Assembly: GCA_951406725.2 (NCBI GenBank)
Contig: CATOCA020000034.1
Span: 1-35,680, forward strand
Length of the DNA stretch: 35,680 nucleotides
Reading direction: 5' to 3'
Source: Octopus vulgaris
Lineage: Eukaryota
Of the stretch, positions 1 through 12,461 are shown piece by piece. A program made the position numbers and the translations under genes. The notes below the pieces were generated by a model. That model searched no databases. It was given only the letters and a program-made list of their open reading frames with translations, and had not been told where the DNA came from. Each line of letters starts with the position of its first letter. Positions within the stretch are counted from its first letter, which is position 1.

Positions 1-41
1 TTGGGGGTAACGACATCAAAAAATCAAATGCAAAGGTTATT

Positions 42-93
42 TGAGAACGTACGTTTCAAGATTAGTCAACACGACACTTCTATCATCAGCTCA
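42..93 (-). ncRNA. Minimal type I hammerhead ribozyme (inverted copy)
   Basis: Reverse complement of 1061-1112. Confidence 0.65.
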
Positions 94-501
94 GAAACTC
101 CTTGGTTTGGATTTGAAAACACTGAAAGTGAGAGCATACCCTTTCGGCTTCTCATCGCTTTCGAAGATCTGCTCGTAACTAACAGTGCCAACAAACTCAA
201 ATATGCAAGCGAAGAATTTCTGTTCTCCCCTTTCCACCAGCGTGGGTTAAAATCAGCAAACACTATGCTTATTTCGGTAAAATCCGAAGCATTAATTAGA
301 GGGAGATTAATTATAATTTCAACAATTGAGGGTAAAATTAATTAATTATTAATCAATTTCACCAAGTGTTCAGTATGCAAAGGGACCATTTAAGGCGAAT
401 TCAAATTATTACATTATATAAAAGGGCTTAGTAAAATAAATTACTTTGCCGCATACTGAACTCATTAGAAATAGCAGCTAAAAAACTTTTTTAAAAGTTT
501 C

Positions 502-553
502 CGAGCTGATGATAGAAGTGTCGTGTTGACTAATCTTGAAACGTACGTTCTCA
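502..553 (+). ncRNA. Minimal type I hammerhead ribozyme
   Basis: gag-CTGATGA(506-512)-imperfect stem II-GAAAC(538-542)-gtac-GTT-ctc, with palindromic stem III ACGTACGT. Confidence 0.62.
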
Positions 554-1060
554 AATAACCTTTGCATTTGATTTTTTGATGTCCTTACCCCCAAACTTTC
601 GTGAGTTGAGTTAAGCAAACACTATATGAGAGAGATTTTCTTTAAGTATTAGAAATAGCTTTAAAAAGTTTTTTAGCTGCTATTTCTAATGAGTTCAGTA
701 TGCGGCAAAGTAATTTATTTTACTAAGCCCTTTTATATAATGTAATAATTTGAATTCGCCTTAAATGGTCCCTTTGCATACTGAACACTTGGTGAAATTG
801 ATTAATAATTAATTAATTTTACCCTCAATTGTTGAAATTATAATTAATCTCCCTCTAATTAATGCTTCGGATTTTACCGAAATAAGCATAGTGTTTGCTG
901 ATTTTAACCCACGCTGGTGGAAAGGGGAGAACAGAAATTCTTCGCTTGCATATTTGAGTTTGTTGGCACTGTTAGTTACGAGCAGATCTTCGAAAGCGAT
1001 GAGAAGCCGAAAGGGTATGCTCTCACTTTCAGTGTTTTCAAATCCAAACCAAGGAGTTTC

Positions 1061-1112
1061 TGAGCTGATGATAGAAGTGTCGTGTTGACTAATCTTGAAA
1101 CGTACGTTCTCA
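1061..1112 (+). ncRNA. Minimal type I hammerhead ribozyme
   Basis: tgag-CTGATGA(1065-1071)-tagaagtgtcgtgttgactaatctt-GAAAC(1097-1101)-gtac-GTT-ctca. Stem I is tgag/ctca. Stem II pairing is imperfect. Confidence 0.65.
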
Positions 1113-1392
1113 AATAACCTTTGCATTTGATTTTTTGATGTCTTTACCCCCAAACTTTCGTGAGTTGAGTTGAGCAAACACTATATGAGAGAGGTTTTCT
1201 TTAAGTATTAGAAATAGTTTTAAAAAAGTTTTTTAGCTGCTATTTCTAATGAGTTCAGTATGCGGCAAAGTAATTTATTTTACTAAGCCCTTTTATATAA
1301 TGTAATAATTTGAATTCGCCTTGAATGGTCCCTTTGCATACTGAACACTTGGTGAAATTGATTAATAATTAATTAATTTTACCCTCAATTGT

Positions 1393-1449
<57 letters not shown>

Positions 1450-1486
1450 TATATACATATATATATATATACATATATATTTATAT

Positions 1487-1903
1487 ACTCTTTTCTCTTT
1501 TTACTCTTTTTACTTGTTTCAGTCATTTGACTGCGGCCATGCTGGAGCACCGCCTTTAGTCGAGCAACTCGACCCCGGGACTTATTCTTTGTAAGCCCAG
1601 TACTTATTCTATCGGTCTCTTTTGCCGAACCGCTAAGTGACGGGGACGTAAACACACCAGCATCAGTTGTCAAGCAATGCTAGGGGAACAAACAGACACA
1701 CAAACATATTCACACACACTTATATATATATACATATATACGACAGGCTTCTTTCAGTTTCCGTCTACCAAATCCACTCACAAGGCATTGGTCGGCCCGG
1801 GGCTATAGCAGAAGACACTTGCCCAAGATGCCACGCAGTGGGACTGAACCCGGAACCATGTGGTTGGTTAGCAAGCTACTTACCAAACAGCCACTCCTGC
1901 GCC
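1487..1903 (-). mobile_element. Full-length tRNA-derived SINE, family 1
   Basis: Head GGCGCAGGAGTGGCTGTTTGGTAAG...GGTTCAGTCCC, internal (TA/TG)n, tail GACTGAAACAAGTAAAAAGAGT. Homologous to 30930-31313. Confidence 0.88.
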
Positions 1904-2257
<354 letters not shown>

Positions 2258-2412
2258 GTGAAATAGAAAGATGAATAATCTTGTTGCAGATTAATCAAAA
2301 GTTTAACCGATACCTTGGTAGCAAAAATCACAGCAGAAGACAGCACGGTTGGAGGTACAACCATATGGTGTTGCAACCGTGCGTTGGTGCGGATAATTGA
2401 ATTTTAATATTA

Positions 2413-2611
2413 TTAGTGAATTGAAGAAATGGAGTTGAACGAAGATTGAACAGAAATCGTTTTATTTCATTCTACACGTGTTTCGAAAGACACAATATGG
2501 TCTCATTATTCAATCGGAATTTGGTAAATTGTGCCTTTCGAAACACGTGTAGAATGAAATAAAACGATTTCTGTTCAATCTTCGTTCAACTCCATTTCTT
2601 CAATTCACTAA
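2413..2611. repeat. Palindrome, 84-bp arms with 31-nt loop, carrying HHR 3' halves
   Basis: 2413-2496 pairs with 2528-2611 with one mismatch. Both strands read tttc-GAAAC-acgt-GTA-gaatg leaving the centre. Confidence 0.9.
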
Positions 2612-3670
<1,059 letters not shown>

Positions 3671-3780
3671 AATATCTCATTTGTTCAAGTGTATACAGTA
3701 GGGAGACGTATCTCCACAAACACAGGATACACATACATATACATAGACACATATACATACACATGTACTTATATACATAC

Positions 3781-3811
<31 letters not shown>

Positions 3812-4269
3812 TGTGTGTGTATGTGTGTGTGTGTGTACAGGATTTTTAAATTGGTCAGTTGGCAGAATTGTTAGCACGCTGGGGTTGATAAAAAAAGTAC
3901 CAGTTGAATGCTGGGGGGTCAATATGATCCACTTATCCCTCTCCTAAAGTTGCTGGCCTTGTGCCAAAATTTGAAACCTCTATACACAGGATTTATATTC
4001 AATCTGTAATTAGTTTCACGCTGTTAAAAACCTGGATGATAGCTTGGAAACCCACGACATGCTATATAAGCTTGTCAGATTATTGTGCTGTAAACAACAG
4101 GAAAGTCGTTATAGCTTGAATTTAATCTGAACAGAGTCTTTATTTTGCTGATCTCACCAAATACAGAACATTGGATGATATATAAATATGTGTGTGCGTG
4201 TCTGTATATATATATATATACATACACACACATATATGAGGGGGTATCCAAAAGAAACAAGCCTTATCT

Positions 4270-4450
4270 TTTATTCAGGAATAGTGTATCTAGGACTACA
4301 TTACCTAATGTATACTATCATTTATTCTGACATAGTGTATCTAGGGCTACATCATCAAATGTTTCCTGAATTTTATTGTGGCATAGTGTATCCAGGACTA
4401 CATCATTTAATGTGTCATGTCTTTTACTCTGACACGGTGTATACACTACC
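4270..4450 (+). repeat. 51-bp minisatellite, about 3.5 diverged copies
   Basis: ttatt.tg.catagtgtatctaggactacatcat..aatgt recurs at 4271, 4322, 4373 and 4424. Confidence 0.8.
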
Positions 4451-4587
4451 TAGAGTATCCTTCATATTTTCATGTCAGAAAAGTAACTCTTTGATAGGCA
4501 CCTGACTTGCTATTTCTAGCAGGTTAACTAACCATTTGTTGACTCCCTCTTTAGTTTGTCTTAATATGTGAAGAAGTTATTACTTAC

Positions 4588-4605
4588 GTTTCCAGCGGCT
4601 TTGAA
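4588..4605 (-). CDS. TNFR-like exon 11: 18-nt microexon LQSRWK
   Basis: tttcttcttttctttcttctgcag|TTCAAAGCCGCTGGAAAC|gtaagt, phase 1 to 1. Confidence 0.72.
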
Positions 4606-4985
4606 CTGCAGAAGAAAGAAAAGAAGAAACATGGAATTTGGCATTTACCATTTACAGCAGTCATCTAAACACCCTCCCACAACAAACCCTTCCAGCTCCA
4701 ACACACTTTTAAGTTTAGTGGTAAGGTGTATAAACAGCCATAGCACTTAGTGACGAGTACATACATACATATAAACATACATATACACACACACACACAC
4801 ACATACACACACACATATACACACACACACATATACATATATATATATATATATATACATACATATATATGTATAAATATCTCATTTGTTCAAGTGTATA
4901 CAGTGCAAGGACATCTCTCCACAAACACAGGATACACATACACATACATAGACATATACTTACATACATACATACATACATATAC

Positions 4986-5020
<35 letters not shown>

Positions 5021-5093
5021 TGTATGTATGTATGTATGTATGTATATACATATATATACATATACATATATATACATATATATACACACACAC

Positions 5094-5173
<80 letters not shown>

Positions 5174-5672
5174 GTATGTACATGTGTATACAGGATTTTT
5201 AAAGTGGTCAGTTGGCAGAATTGTTAGCATGCTGGGCAAAATGCTCAGCAGCATTTTGTCTGTCTTTACGTTCTGAGTTCAAATTTCACTGAGGTCAACT
5301 TTGCCTTTCATCCTTCTGGGGTTGATAAAAAAAAGTACCAGTTGAATGCTGGGGGGTCAATATGATTGACTTATCCCTCTCCTAAAGTTGCTGGCCTTGT
5401 GCCAAAATTTGAAACCACTATACACAGGATTTATATTCAATCTGTAATTAGTTTCACGCTGTTAAAAACCTGGATGATAGCTTGGAAACCCACGACATGC
5501 TATACAAGCTTGTCAGATTATTGTGCTGTAAACAACAGGAAAGTCGTTATAGCTTGAATTTAATCTGAACAGAGTCTTTATTTTGCTGATCTCACCAATT
5601 ACAGAACATTGGATGATATATAAATATGTGTGTGTGTGTCTGTATGTGTGTGTATACATACACACACATATA

Positions 5673-6566
5673 TGAGGGGGTATCCAAAAGAAACTGGAAT
5701 TTTGGAATATTATTTTATTCACTTAGTTTTACATGTTTTCACTCTTATCGCTTTCAAAGTATTCTCCATTTGAAGCAATGCATCGATGCAGATGCATTCT
5801 TCTCTGTTGGAAGCAATGCTGCAACTCTTTGCAAAATGATGCTTTTTATCACTTCCGTCATTTTTTCCCCCTCACCTCTTCCTCTCCTGCAAATTCCGTA
5901 TCACCAGCTTTCATCACCAGTTGATGACCTTCAAAAAAAAAAAGGTTCAGATCAACTTCTAGCTGTTCTTTCAGTTCGTGACATGCATTCAGATGTCACT
6001 GCTTTTGATCTTCCATCAGCAAGTGAGGCACAAATTTGGCTGCAAATCTTTTCATATGCAGTTCTTCATTCAAAATTTGTTGGTAGGAGCTCCAGGACAC
6101 ACCAATCAAATCAATGAGCTTGTCAATTATTCAACAGCGGTCCTCCAAGATCGGTTCATAAATTTTCATGATGTTTTCATTTGTTCAGGAGGTCGACGGT
6201 TGTCCTGAACAAGTGACTATTCATAAAATGTGAAAAGCATTCATAAATTCATGTTTTGCTCATAGCAGTATCCTTGTAAGCGGTTTGAAGCCAGTCAACT
6301 GTTTCGGTCACTGTTTTCCTCAGTAGAAAACAGAATTTCATGGAAGCACGCTATTGCTTTGTTTCAGCAATTGCAAAAATTGATGAAGAGGGGAGAATCA
6401 TTGCAAAGCAAAGACACACCATGTGGCTGTTCAACTTCACACGGTGATGCCTGTTGTCAGACTGATGCCTTAGGGTTGCATCAAGTGGCTTTTAGTGGTG
6501 GAAGCTTGAACTGCAATGGCGTTGTTCTTCAGAGAAATTTTACGGTTACTTTTGAGTATCCCCTCA
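5673..6566 (-). mobile_element. Internally deleted mariner-type transposon
   Basis: TA-flanked imperfect TIRs TGAGGGGGTATCCAAAAG ... CTTTTGAGTATCCCCTCA. Minus-strand remnants MKFCFLLRKTVTETV..LQTAYKDTAMSKT and MKRFAAKFVPHLLMEDQK. Confidence 0.85.
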
Positions 6567-6936
6567 TATATATATATATATACATGCATATATATATATA
6601 TATGCATGTATATGCATATATAAACATATATACAAAAACATACATACAAACCTACATACATGCACACATGCACACGCATAAATACTTATTTGATATTATA
6701 CACATAGCCCTCCTATGTGACAGAAGACGAGACCTTTGTAATATGTACAAAGTTTTTTGTTTTTGTTGTGTTATTTTCTTTATGTTGTGTATATAAATCA
6801 TGGGGTACCCTACCTAAAGGGTGTACAGTGACCAGTAAAGCTTTTTACACATGGCTGTATATGTGTGTAGGGTGTGGCAAGTTTTTGTTGGTTGTGAACA
6901 GTTTTGATGCAGGAAAATATTGCAGGTTATACTTAC

Positions 6937-6954
6937 GTTTTATTCTTACAATGT
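6937..6954 (-). CDS. TNFR-like exon 10: 18-nt microexon YIVRIK
   Basis: ctctctctcttctatttttcccacacaaaacag|ACATTGTAAGAATAAAAC|gtaagt, phase 1 to 1. Supplies the TM end and basic stop-transfer residues. Confidence 0.75.
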
Positions 6955-7004
6955 CTGTTTTGTGTGGGAAAAATAGAAGAGAGAGAGAGAGTTGAATAAG
7001 ACAA

Positions 7005-7440
7005 TGGTAACATTAACAACAACATCAATATCAACTGTTTCAACAACAACAACAAGTGTTACAAAACCCACAGCTACTACCACCACAACCACTGCCATAC
7101 CAACAACTACCACAACAACAAGTTGATTACCACCACCACAGTCACTATTTGCCATCACAATGACCACAATCAAGACAACCACAGCAGGAACGACCACCAC
7201 CATCACTACCACCTCCATAACAAAAACAACCAGCATCATATATTCTGATGCAACCCAACAATTAGGATAACCATCACAACGACCGCGACCACAATATCAA
7301 CCACCACCGCAACAAGCATCACAACAAACACCAGTGCCGTGACCTCATCGACAACTACCACAACACAACCGGCTACCATCACAACAACCACTCCTAGCCT
7401 ATCACTGCCTGTCATCACACAAGTACAATATGAACAACAG
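7005..7440. repeat. Degenerate (ACA/CCA)n trinucleotide low-complexity tract
   Basis: Directly visible, in the intron between exons 9 and 10. Confidence 0.85.
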
Positions 7441-7459
7441 ATAGAATTATTATACTTAC

Positions 7460-7524
7460 AAGCAATTAGTATGACGGTAATTATAAAGAGTACACAAATA
7501 ACTGCTATGCAGGCGTAGACGGTC
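7460..7524 (-). CDS. TNFR-like exon 9: transmembrane helix GTVYACIAVICVLFIITVILIA
   Basis: Acceptor atctccttcacag|, donor T|gtaagt. 65 nt, phase 2 to 1. Uninterrupted hydrophobic stretch. Confidence 0.88.
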
Positions 7525-7566
7525 CTGTGAAGGAGATATATAAACTCAAATATATTCCCATATACA

Positions 7567-7611
<45 letters not shown>

Positions 7612-7852
7612 TTATATTAATTATTTATACATACTAAAATTATTTATTTATTTATATTGCATATTAAAATTATATTCATTATATACATTAAATTTAATAC
7701 TGAAAAGATAATGAAAACAAATTGCCCATATTGCACGATTTTTATTTGTGGATGTGTGTGTGTGTGTGTGTGTGTGTGAGACATTCTTGTTTGTTGTGAC
7801 TTCACAGTTCAAAGGGACATTTGTCTGAATGTTGCTTACTTCATTTTATTCT

Positions 7853-7890
<38 letters not shown>

Positions 7891-7997
7891 CATATCTATA
7901 TGTATATATATAATGTTGCCATTATATATATTTGCAAATCCATTTATATATATTTATATATATATATATATATATATATCTCACTCCCTCTCCCTCC

Positions 7998-8045
<48 letters not shown>

Positions 8046-8140
8046 CTATATGTATATATATATATAATGTTGCCATTATATATATTTGCAAATGTATTTA
8101 TATATCTCTCTCTCTCTCTCTGTCATATATACATATACAG

Positions 8141-8171
<31 letters not shown>

Positions 8172-8239
8172 CATAGATATGTATAAAATATATGAATATA
8201 TCTCTCTCTATATATCTATTTCTATCTATCTATCTATAG

Positions 8240-8650
8240 TGATACTAAATAATTAGGGTTCAGCAAAGATTTGCTTTACCACATACCGAAGTTTAGAAAT
8301 AGCAGCCAAAAAACGTTAGCTATTTCTTCTACTTTAAAAAGGGACTCCCAGAAAAACCAAAATACTTGAAAACAATCCACACAGGCAGAGAGGAAGAAGT
8401 AACGAAAATCAATCAATATCTGGTCACCTATGGACGCACGTTTCGGAATAAGGTTGGAATGAAGAATATAGAATTATACTTTACCAACCATTTCCCTCTT
8501 CAGCATAGGACCCCATCAATAATTAAATATTGAAATAATAAATTCGAAGGTACTGGAAAATTTAACTTATCTCTCCACCTAACTGTATCAGACAGATAAT
8601 ATTCAGTGTTAGTACCGCTGAATTCAAGACATCAATGAGGTTCAATATCT
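8240..8650 (-). mobile_element. Retrozyme-like monomer, distant relative of the 1-1394 family (ends approximate)
   Basis: Contains the HHR at 8423-8513. The block at 8255-8313 is similar to 424-486 and sits at a similar distance 3' of the ribozyme. Flanked by microsatellites. Confidence 0.55.
8423..8513 (-). ncRNA. Type I hammerhead ribozyme with GUC cleavage site
   Basis: Minus strand: cctatg-CTGAAGA-g-ggaa.atggttgg...ccaacc.ttattcc-GAAAC-gtgc-GTC-catagg. It has a 6-bp stem I and a long stem II. Confidence 0.8.
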
Positions 8651-8733
8651 ATCTATATGTATAAAACGTGTATGTGTGTGCACGTGCATGGACCCATGTA
8701 TGTGCTTGAGTATCAAATCAATCTGCCACTTAC

Positions 8734-8941
8734 CCAGGGGAATATGCAGCTCCTTCATATGTTTCATTGGAAGTTGTCTCCTGTGATGTTTTTTTTGGAT
8801 TTGTTCTTGTTATTGTTTGTAATGAATGTTGTTTTGTTGTTATTTTAAATAAAATAGGGCGCCTTGTTGTTCCTTGAACAAATGGAATTGGTGATCCTCT
8901 AGGTTTCCAGCCTGGAGGTAATGGTGGGAACCTCTCTTCTG
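8734..8941 (-). CDS. TNFR-like exon 8: Pro/Thr-rich extracellular stalk
   Basis: A poly-T tract is followed by a tandem acceptor aag|cag| (8941 or 8938). Donor GG|gtaagt. 208 nt, phase 1 to 2. Corresponds to ORF 8730..8948. Confidence 0.82.
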
Positions 8942-9342
8942 CTTTCAATTAAAAAGAACAAAAAAAAAGCATATATAAAAGTAAGAAATAAGAAAGAAAA
9001 GAAATTGATTTATAGATTTTGAAGTTGTAGCAGTTATGGCAATAGTAATTGCTGTGCTGGTGGTGGTAATGGTGAGTGGTGGCTGCGATGGTAATGGTGG
9101 TAGCAATAGCAGCACTAGTAGTAGTGATAGTAGTTGCTGTTAATGTTGATGTTTAGCCCCAGTTTAGATCTGATCCAACACACCTACCTATGATCCAACA
9201 CACTACAGCCACAATGTACACATATATATATATACACATATATACATGCATAATATATCTACCCATACACACACACGTACACACACACACACACACACAC
9301 ACATACATAGGGGCAGGTGTGGCTGTGTGGTAACAAACTACG

Positions 9343-10650
9343 TTCGAAGATACTGTACTTGATATGGGCGGTAGTGCCTTGCCGGTCTATGGCCTACCTT
9401 CAACAAACCGGGAAGGCACAAACACTCTGTCTTCACATTTGCTGCGTGAGACATGTTTTAATGTTGACAAGCTTGCCGAGTACATAGCCGACAATGAGCC
9501 AAAGCTCCTTCCAGAACAGAAGTTCGCTTACAACTCCGTTGTTAATTCAGTCCGGGCCAAAGCTGTGGGGATATTTTTTCTGGACGCTCCTGGGGGCACT
9601 GGGAAAACTTTTCTCAACAAATTAATATTGGCTGAGATTAGGCGAACACAAGGCATTGCCCTAGCTGTGGCATCATCTGGAATTGCAGCTACTTTGTTGC
9701 CAGGCGGCAGGACAGCTCACTCCACTTTCAAGCTTCCGCTTGACTTAGCGAAGACTGAGACACCAACTTGCAACATCAGTAACAGCTCCGATCAGGCAGA
9801 AGTCTTCAGACGATGCAAGCTTATCGTTTGGGATGAATGCACGATGGCCCACGGACGTGCTCTTGAGGCACTAGATAGATCTCTCAGAGACATCAAACAC
9901 TCTTCAGCTCCCATGGGAGGCATAACACTTCTTCTTTCAGGGGACTTCCGACAAACACTTCCCGTTATTCCCAAAGGGACTAGAACTGATGCAGTAAGTG
10001 CGTGTCTTAAGTCATCCACATTGTGGCCACTGGTGAAGACTCTCAAACTTCACACCAATATGCGTACTCATATACAACATAATATCACATCAGCAGCATT
10101 TTCTCACACCCTCCTTGCACTTGGCAAAGGCAAAATACCAGGGGATGAAAATGGTAATATTGCCATCGATTCCATTTGTACCATTGTTAAAATGCCTTCT
10201 GATCTCAGAGATGCAGTGTTCCCAGATCTACAAGCTAATTATCAGAATATGGATTGGATTGGCCAAAGGGCTATTCTGGCCCCGAGGAATAAAACTGTTC
10301 ACCATATTAATGATGAAATGCTAAAACTCATTCCTGGGGATGTCTATGTATATAAGTCTATCGATACAACTCCTGACCCAGAGGACGTCATCAACTATCC
10401 AATAGAGGTACTCAATTCCTTTGAGCCCCCCAGACTACCACCACACATTCTCAAACTTAAAGTTGGTGCCACTATAATGCTCATTAGAAATTTGGTTCCC
10501 CCAAAACAATGCAATGGCACACGTTTGATCGTTAAGTCCTTATCTCCCACCGTAAACTTATATCAATATTTTCCTGAATAATCATCATAATTCAGTGCAA
10601 TCATTAACAGTACTTTCAAGCAATTCAGCCCCGAGCATCGCCAGGAGTTT
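9343..10650 (+). mobile_element. Helitron fragment with PIF1-like helicase ORF (9364..10581), truncated at both ends
   Basis: Motifs DAPGGTGKT, VASSGIAATLL, GRTAHSTF, WDECTM, GDFRQTLPV, NMR, ILAPRN, PPHILKLKVG and CNGTRL are present. The Rep domain and last helicase motifs are absent. A degenerate 3' hairpin cccgagcatcgccagg lies near 10630. Confidence 0.92.
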
Positions 10651-11167
10651 AACACAGGTATAAATCAAACCTCCGAGTTTCGGATGTCGGGGCGGAAACC
10701 CACACCACCATCTCTTAAGTTATCCGGCCATCAGAAAGAATGCCATGAAAATGAGCATCAAAAAAAGGGAAATTACTGTGTGATTGACCATTATTAAGAC
10801 AAAAGAGCTGTTTAAAAGATCACTAAGTGAGGGGAGGGAGTAAAAGTAAGGGGTAAAGATGTTCATAGTATTCACATAAGCGCACATGTCCATACCTACA
10901 CATGTGCGCCCACACACCCACATACATATGCCTTATAAGTATACATTCATTCACCTTCACTTGAAACACACACATTCTCACCCACACCATTCTCCAAAAA
11001 TATATATATATAAAATCCCACACAAACACGTGCGCACCAAAAAGGTCCATATACACATCTATATACATACATGCACAAGAAAAAACAGGGCTAAGGGCAA
11101 CAATACAGAAAAAAAGTATAAAGAAGTAAAAAAAATATAAGCAAAGTTTTTTACTCTTACTGCTGCT

Positions 11168-11169
<2 letters not shown>

Positions 11170-11208
<39 letters not shown>

Positions 11209-11403
11209 TCACCACCACTGCTTGACAACTGCTGTTGGTATGTTTCTATCCCTCTAACTTAGCTGTTTGACAGAAGAGAATAACTAACAGGCTTATTTTT
11301 AAGAAAGCAAGTCCTAGGGTCAAATTCATTCAACTAAATATTCTTGAAGGCGGTGCCCCAGCATGGCCGCAGTCTTACGACTGAAACAAGTAAAATACAA
11401 AAG
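11170..11403 (+). mobile_element. SINE family 1, 3' half (further decayed pieces at about 12200-12365, 17430-17590 and 24370-24560)
   Basis: cttgacaac...ggcggtgccccagcatggccgcagtc..gactgaaacaagtaaaa. Confidence 0.75.
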
Positions 11404-11453
11404 ATATATGAGTGCATTATGGATAAGTATTTGTGCAGTTCAAAAGGACTTAC

Positions 11454-11536
11454 GTGAACATGTATCATTGAAGCCAAGACATGTGGCAGGGATTGTATGA
11501 TTTCCAGGTATTTTGGAGAGACGTATCCTGAAACAA
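11454..11536 (-). CDS. TNFR-like exon 7: DCFRIRLSKIPGNHTIPATCLGFNDTCS
   Basis: Acceptor cctttctcctttttcag|, donor C|gtaagt. 83 nt, phase 2 to 1. The GNxT..xC motif is typical of the end of a TNFR cysteine-rich domain. Confidence 0.88.
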
Positions 11537-12388
11537 CTGAAAAAGGAGAAAGGACAGATCAGAAATCGGACTATACATTTATGCCAGTGTTAAACAACGG
11601 TATATTGGAAGGAATTAGGTGTTTAGAGTGTCCTTACAACAGAGCAGTGGGCAGCCTTGGGACCTAGCACCAGAGCTAAGCTGACCATGATGAAGGGTTT
11701 TAGAAAACCCGTCAAGCCAAGTGAAATTGTTGTGGCCGATGCCAGTGGCATGTGACTGGCACCTGTGTAAGGTAAAAAGCATTGTTCGGACACTGAGTCT
11801 CTGAGAGGCAGTGACAGATGACCGAGACCTTTGGCAATATGTCCTGTGCTTGAGAAGCCCTATCAAGCCAAGTGAGATCATAGTTGTGTCTGATGATGGT
11901 CTCACGTAACTGGCATGTAAAATGCACCCACAACACCCTTGGAGTGGTTGGCATTAGGAAGGGCATCCATCTTGAATCAGATTAGAACCTGGTACAGTTC
12001 CCTGGTTTACCTGTTTTCAGTCCAACTGTCCAACCCATGCCAGGATGGAAAATGGAATTGAAATGCTGATTAGGTAATGAGTGTCTTCCATGCACACCAA
12101 CTGACCAACCCACCTCAGTTTGGCACTTTCATAAGGAGATTCTCTCGGCCTACAGACTGAAAAACATACTGCTATGTATTGTAATCTGTATTGGTTTGTT
12201 TATGTTCCTGTAACTTAGCAGTTTGGCAAAAGAGACTAATAGAATAAATTCCCAACTTTAAAAAACAATACAAAAACATAAGTACTGGGGTCAGTTTGTT
12301 CAACTAAACCCTTCAATACATTGCCCCAGCTGGGGCTGTAATCCAATGACAAACGAATAAAGTAACAAAACAAATAAAGCTGGCTTAC

Positions 12389-12461
12389 TCCATTTGTTTA
12401 ATGCAATAACCATGTCCAAACCAGTATTTGTAATGGTCGTCTGCACAAGTCTCGCATCTAC
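12389..12461 (-). CDS. TNFR-like exon 6: GRCETCADDHYKYWFGHGYCIKQM
   Basis: Acceptor tttttgttttttcttacag|, donor GA|gtaagc. 73 nt, phase 1 to 2. Confidence 0.88.

Larger units (their letters stand above)
1..1394. mobile_element. Retrozyme/Penelope-like non-coding array: 559-bp tandem monomers plus an inverted copy
   Basis: 496-835 recurs at about 1055-1394 (period 559). 1-495 is the reverse complement of about 660-1153. Each copy carries a hammerhead core. The array runs off the left edge. Confidence 0.75.

Noticed and set aside
1-345. 114-aa ORF and its mirror at 809..1177
   Set aside because: Non-ATG starts, no recognisable motifs, antisense to the ribozyme strand, and duplicated only because of the inverted repeat.
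6946-7418. Val-rich hydrophobic ORFs as the TM segment, or a Thr-rich mucin on plus
   Set aside because: This is a degenerate trinucleotide tract without fitting splice sites. The exon at 7460-7524 supplies the TM in the right phase.
8905-8930. PPLPPGW resembling the start of a WW domain
   Set aside because: The aromatic doublet and second Trp are missing, and the segment is in the predicted extracellular stalk.
9364-10581. Host PIF1 gene
   Set aside because: It is intronless, truncated, lies antisense within an intron, and its motifs are those of the Helitron RepHel helicase.
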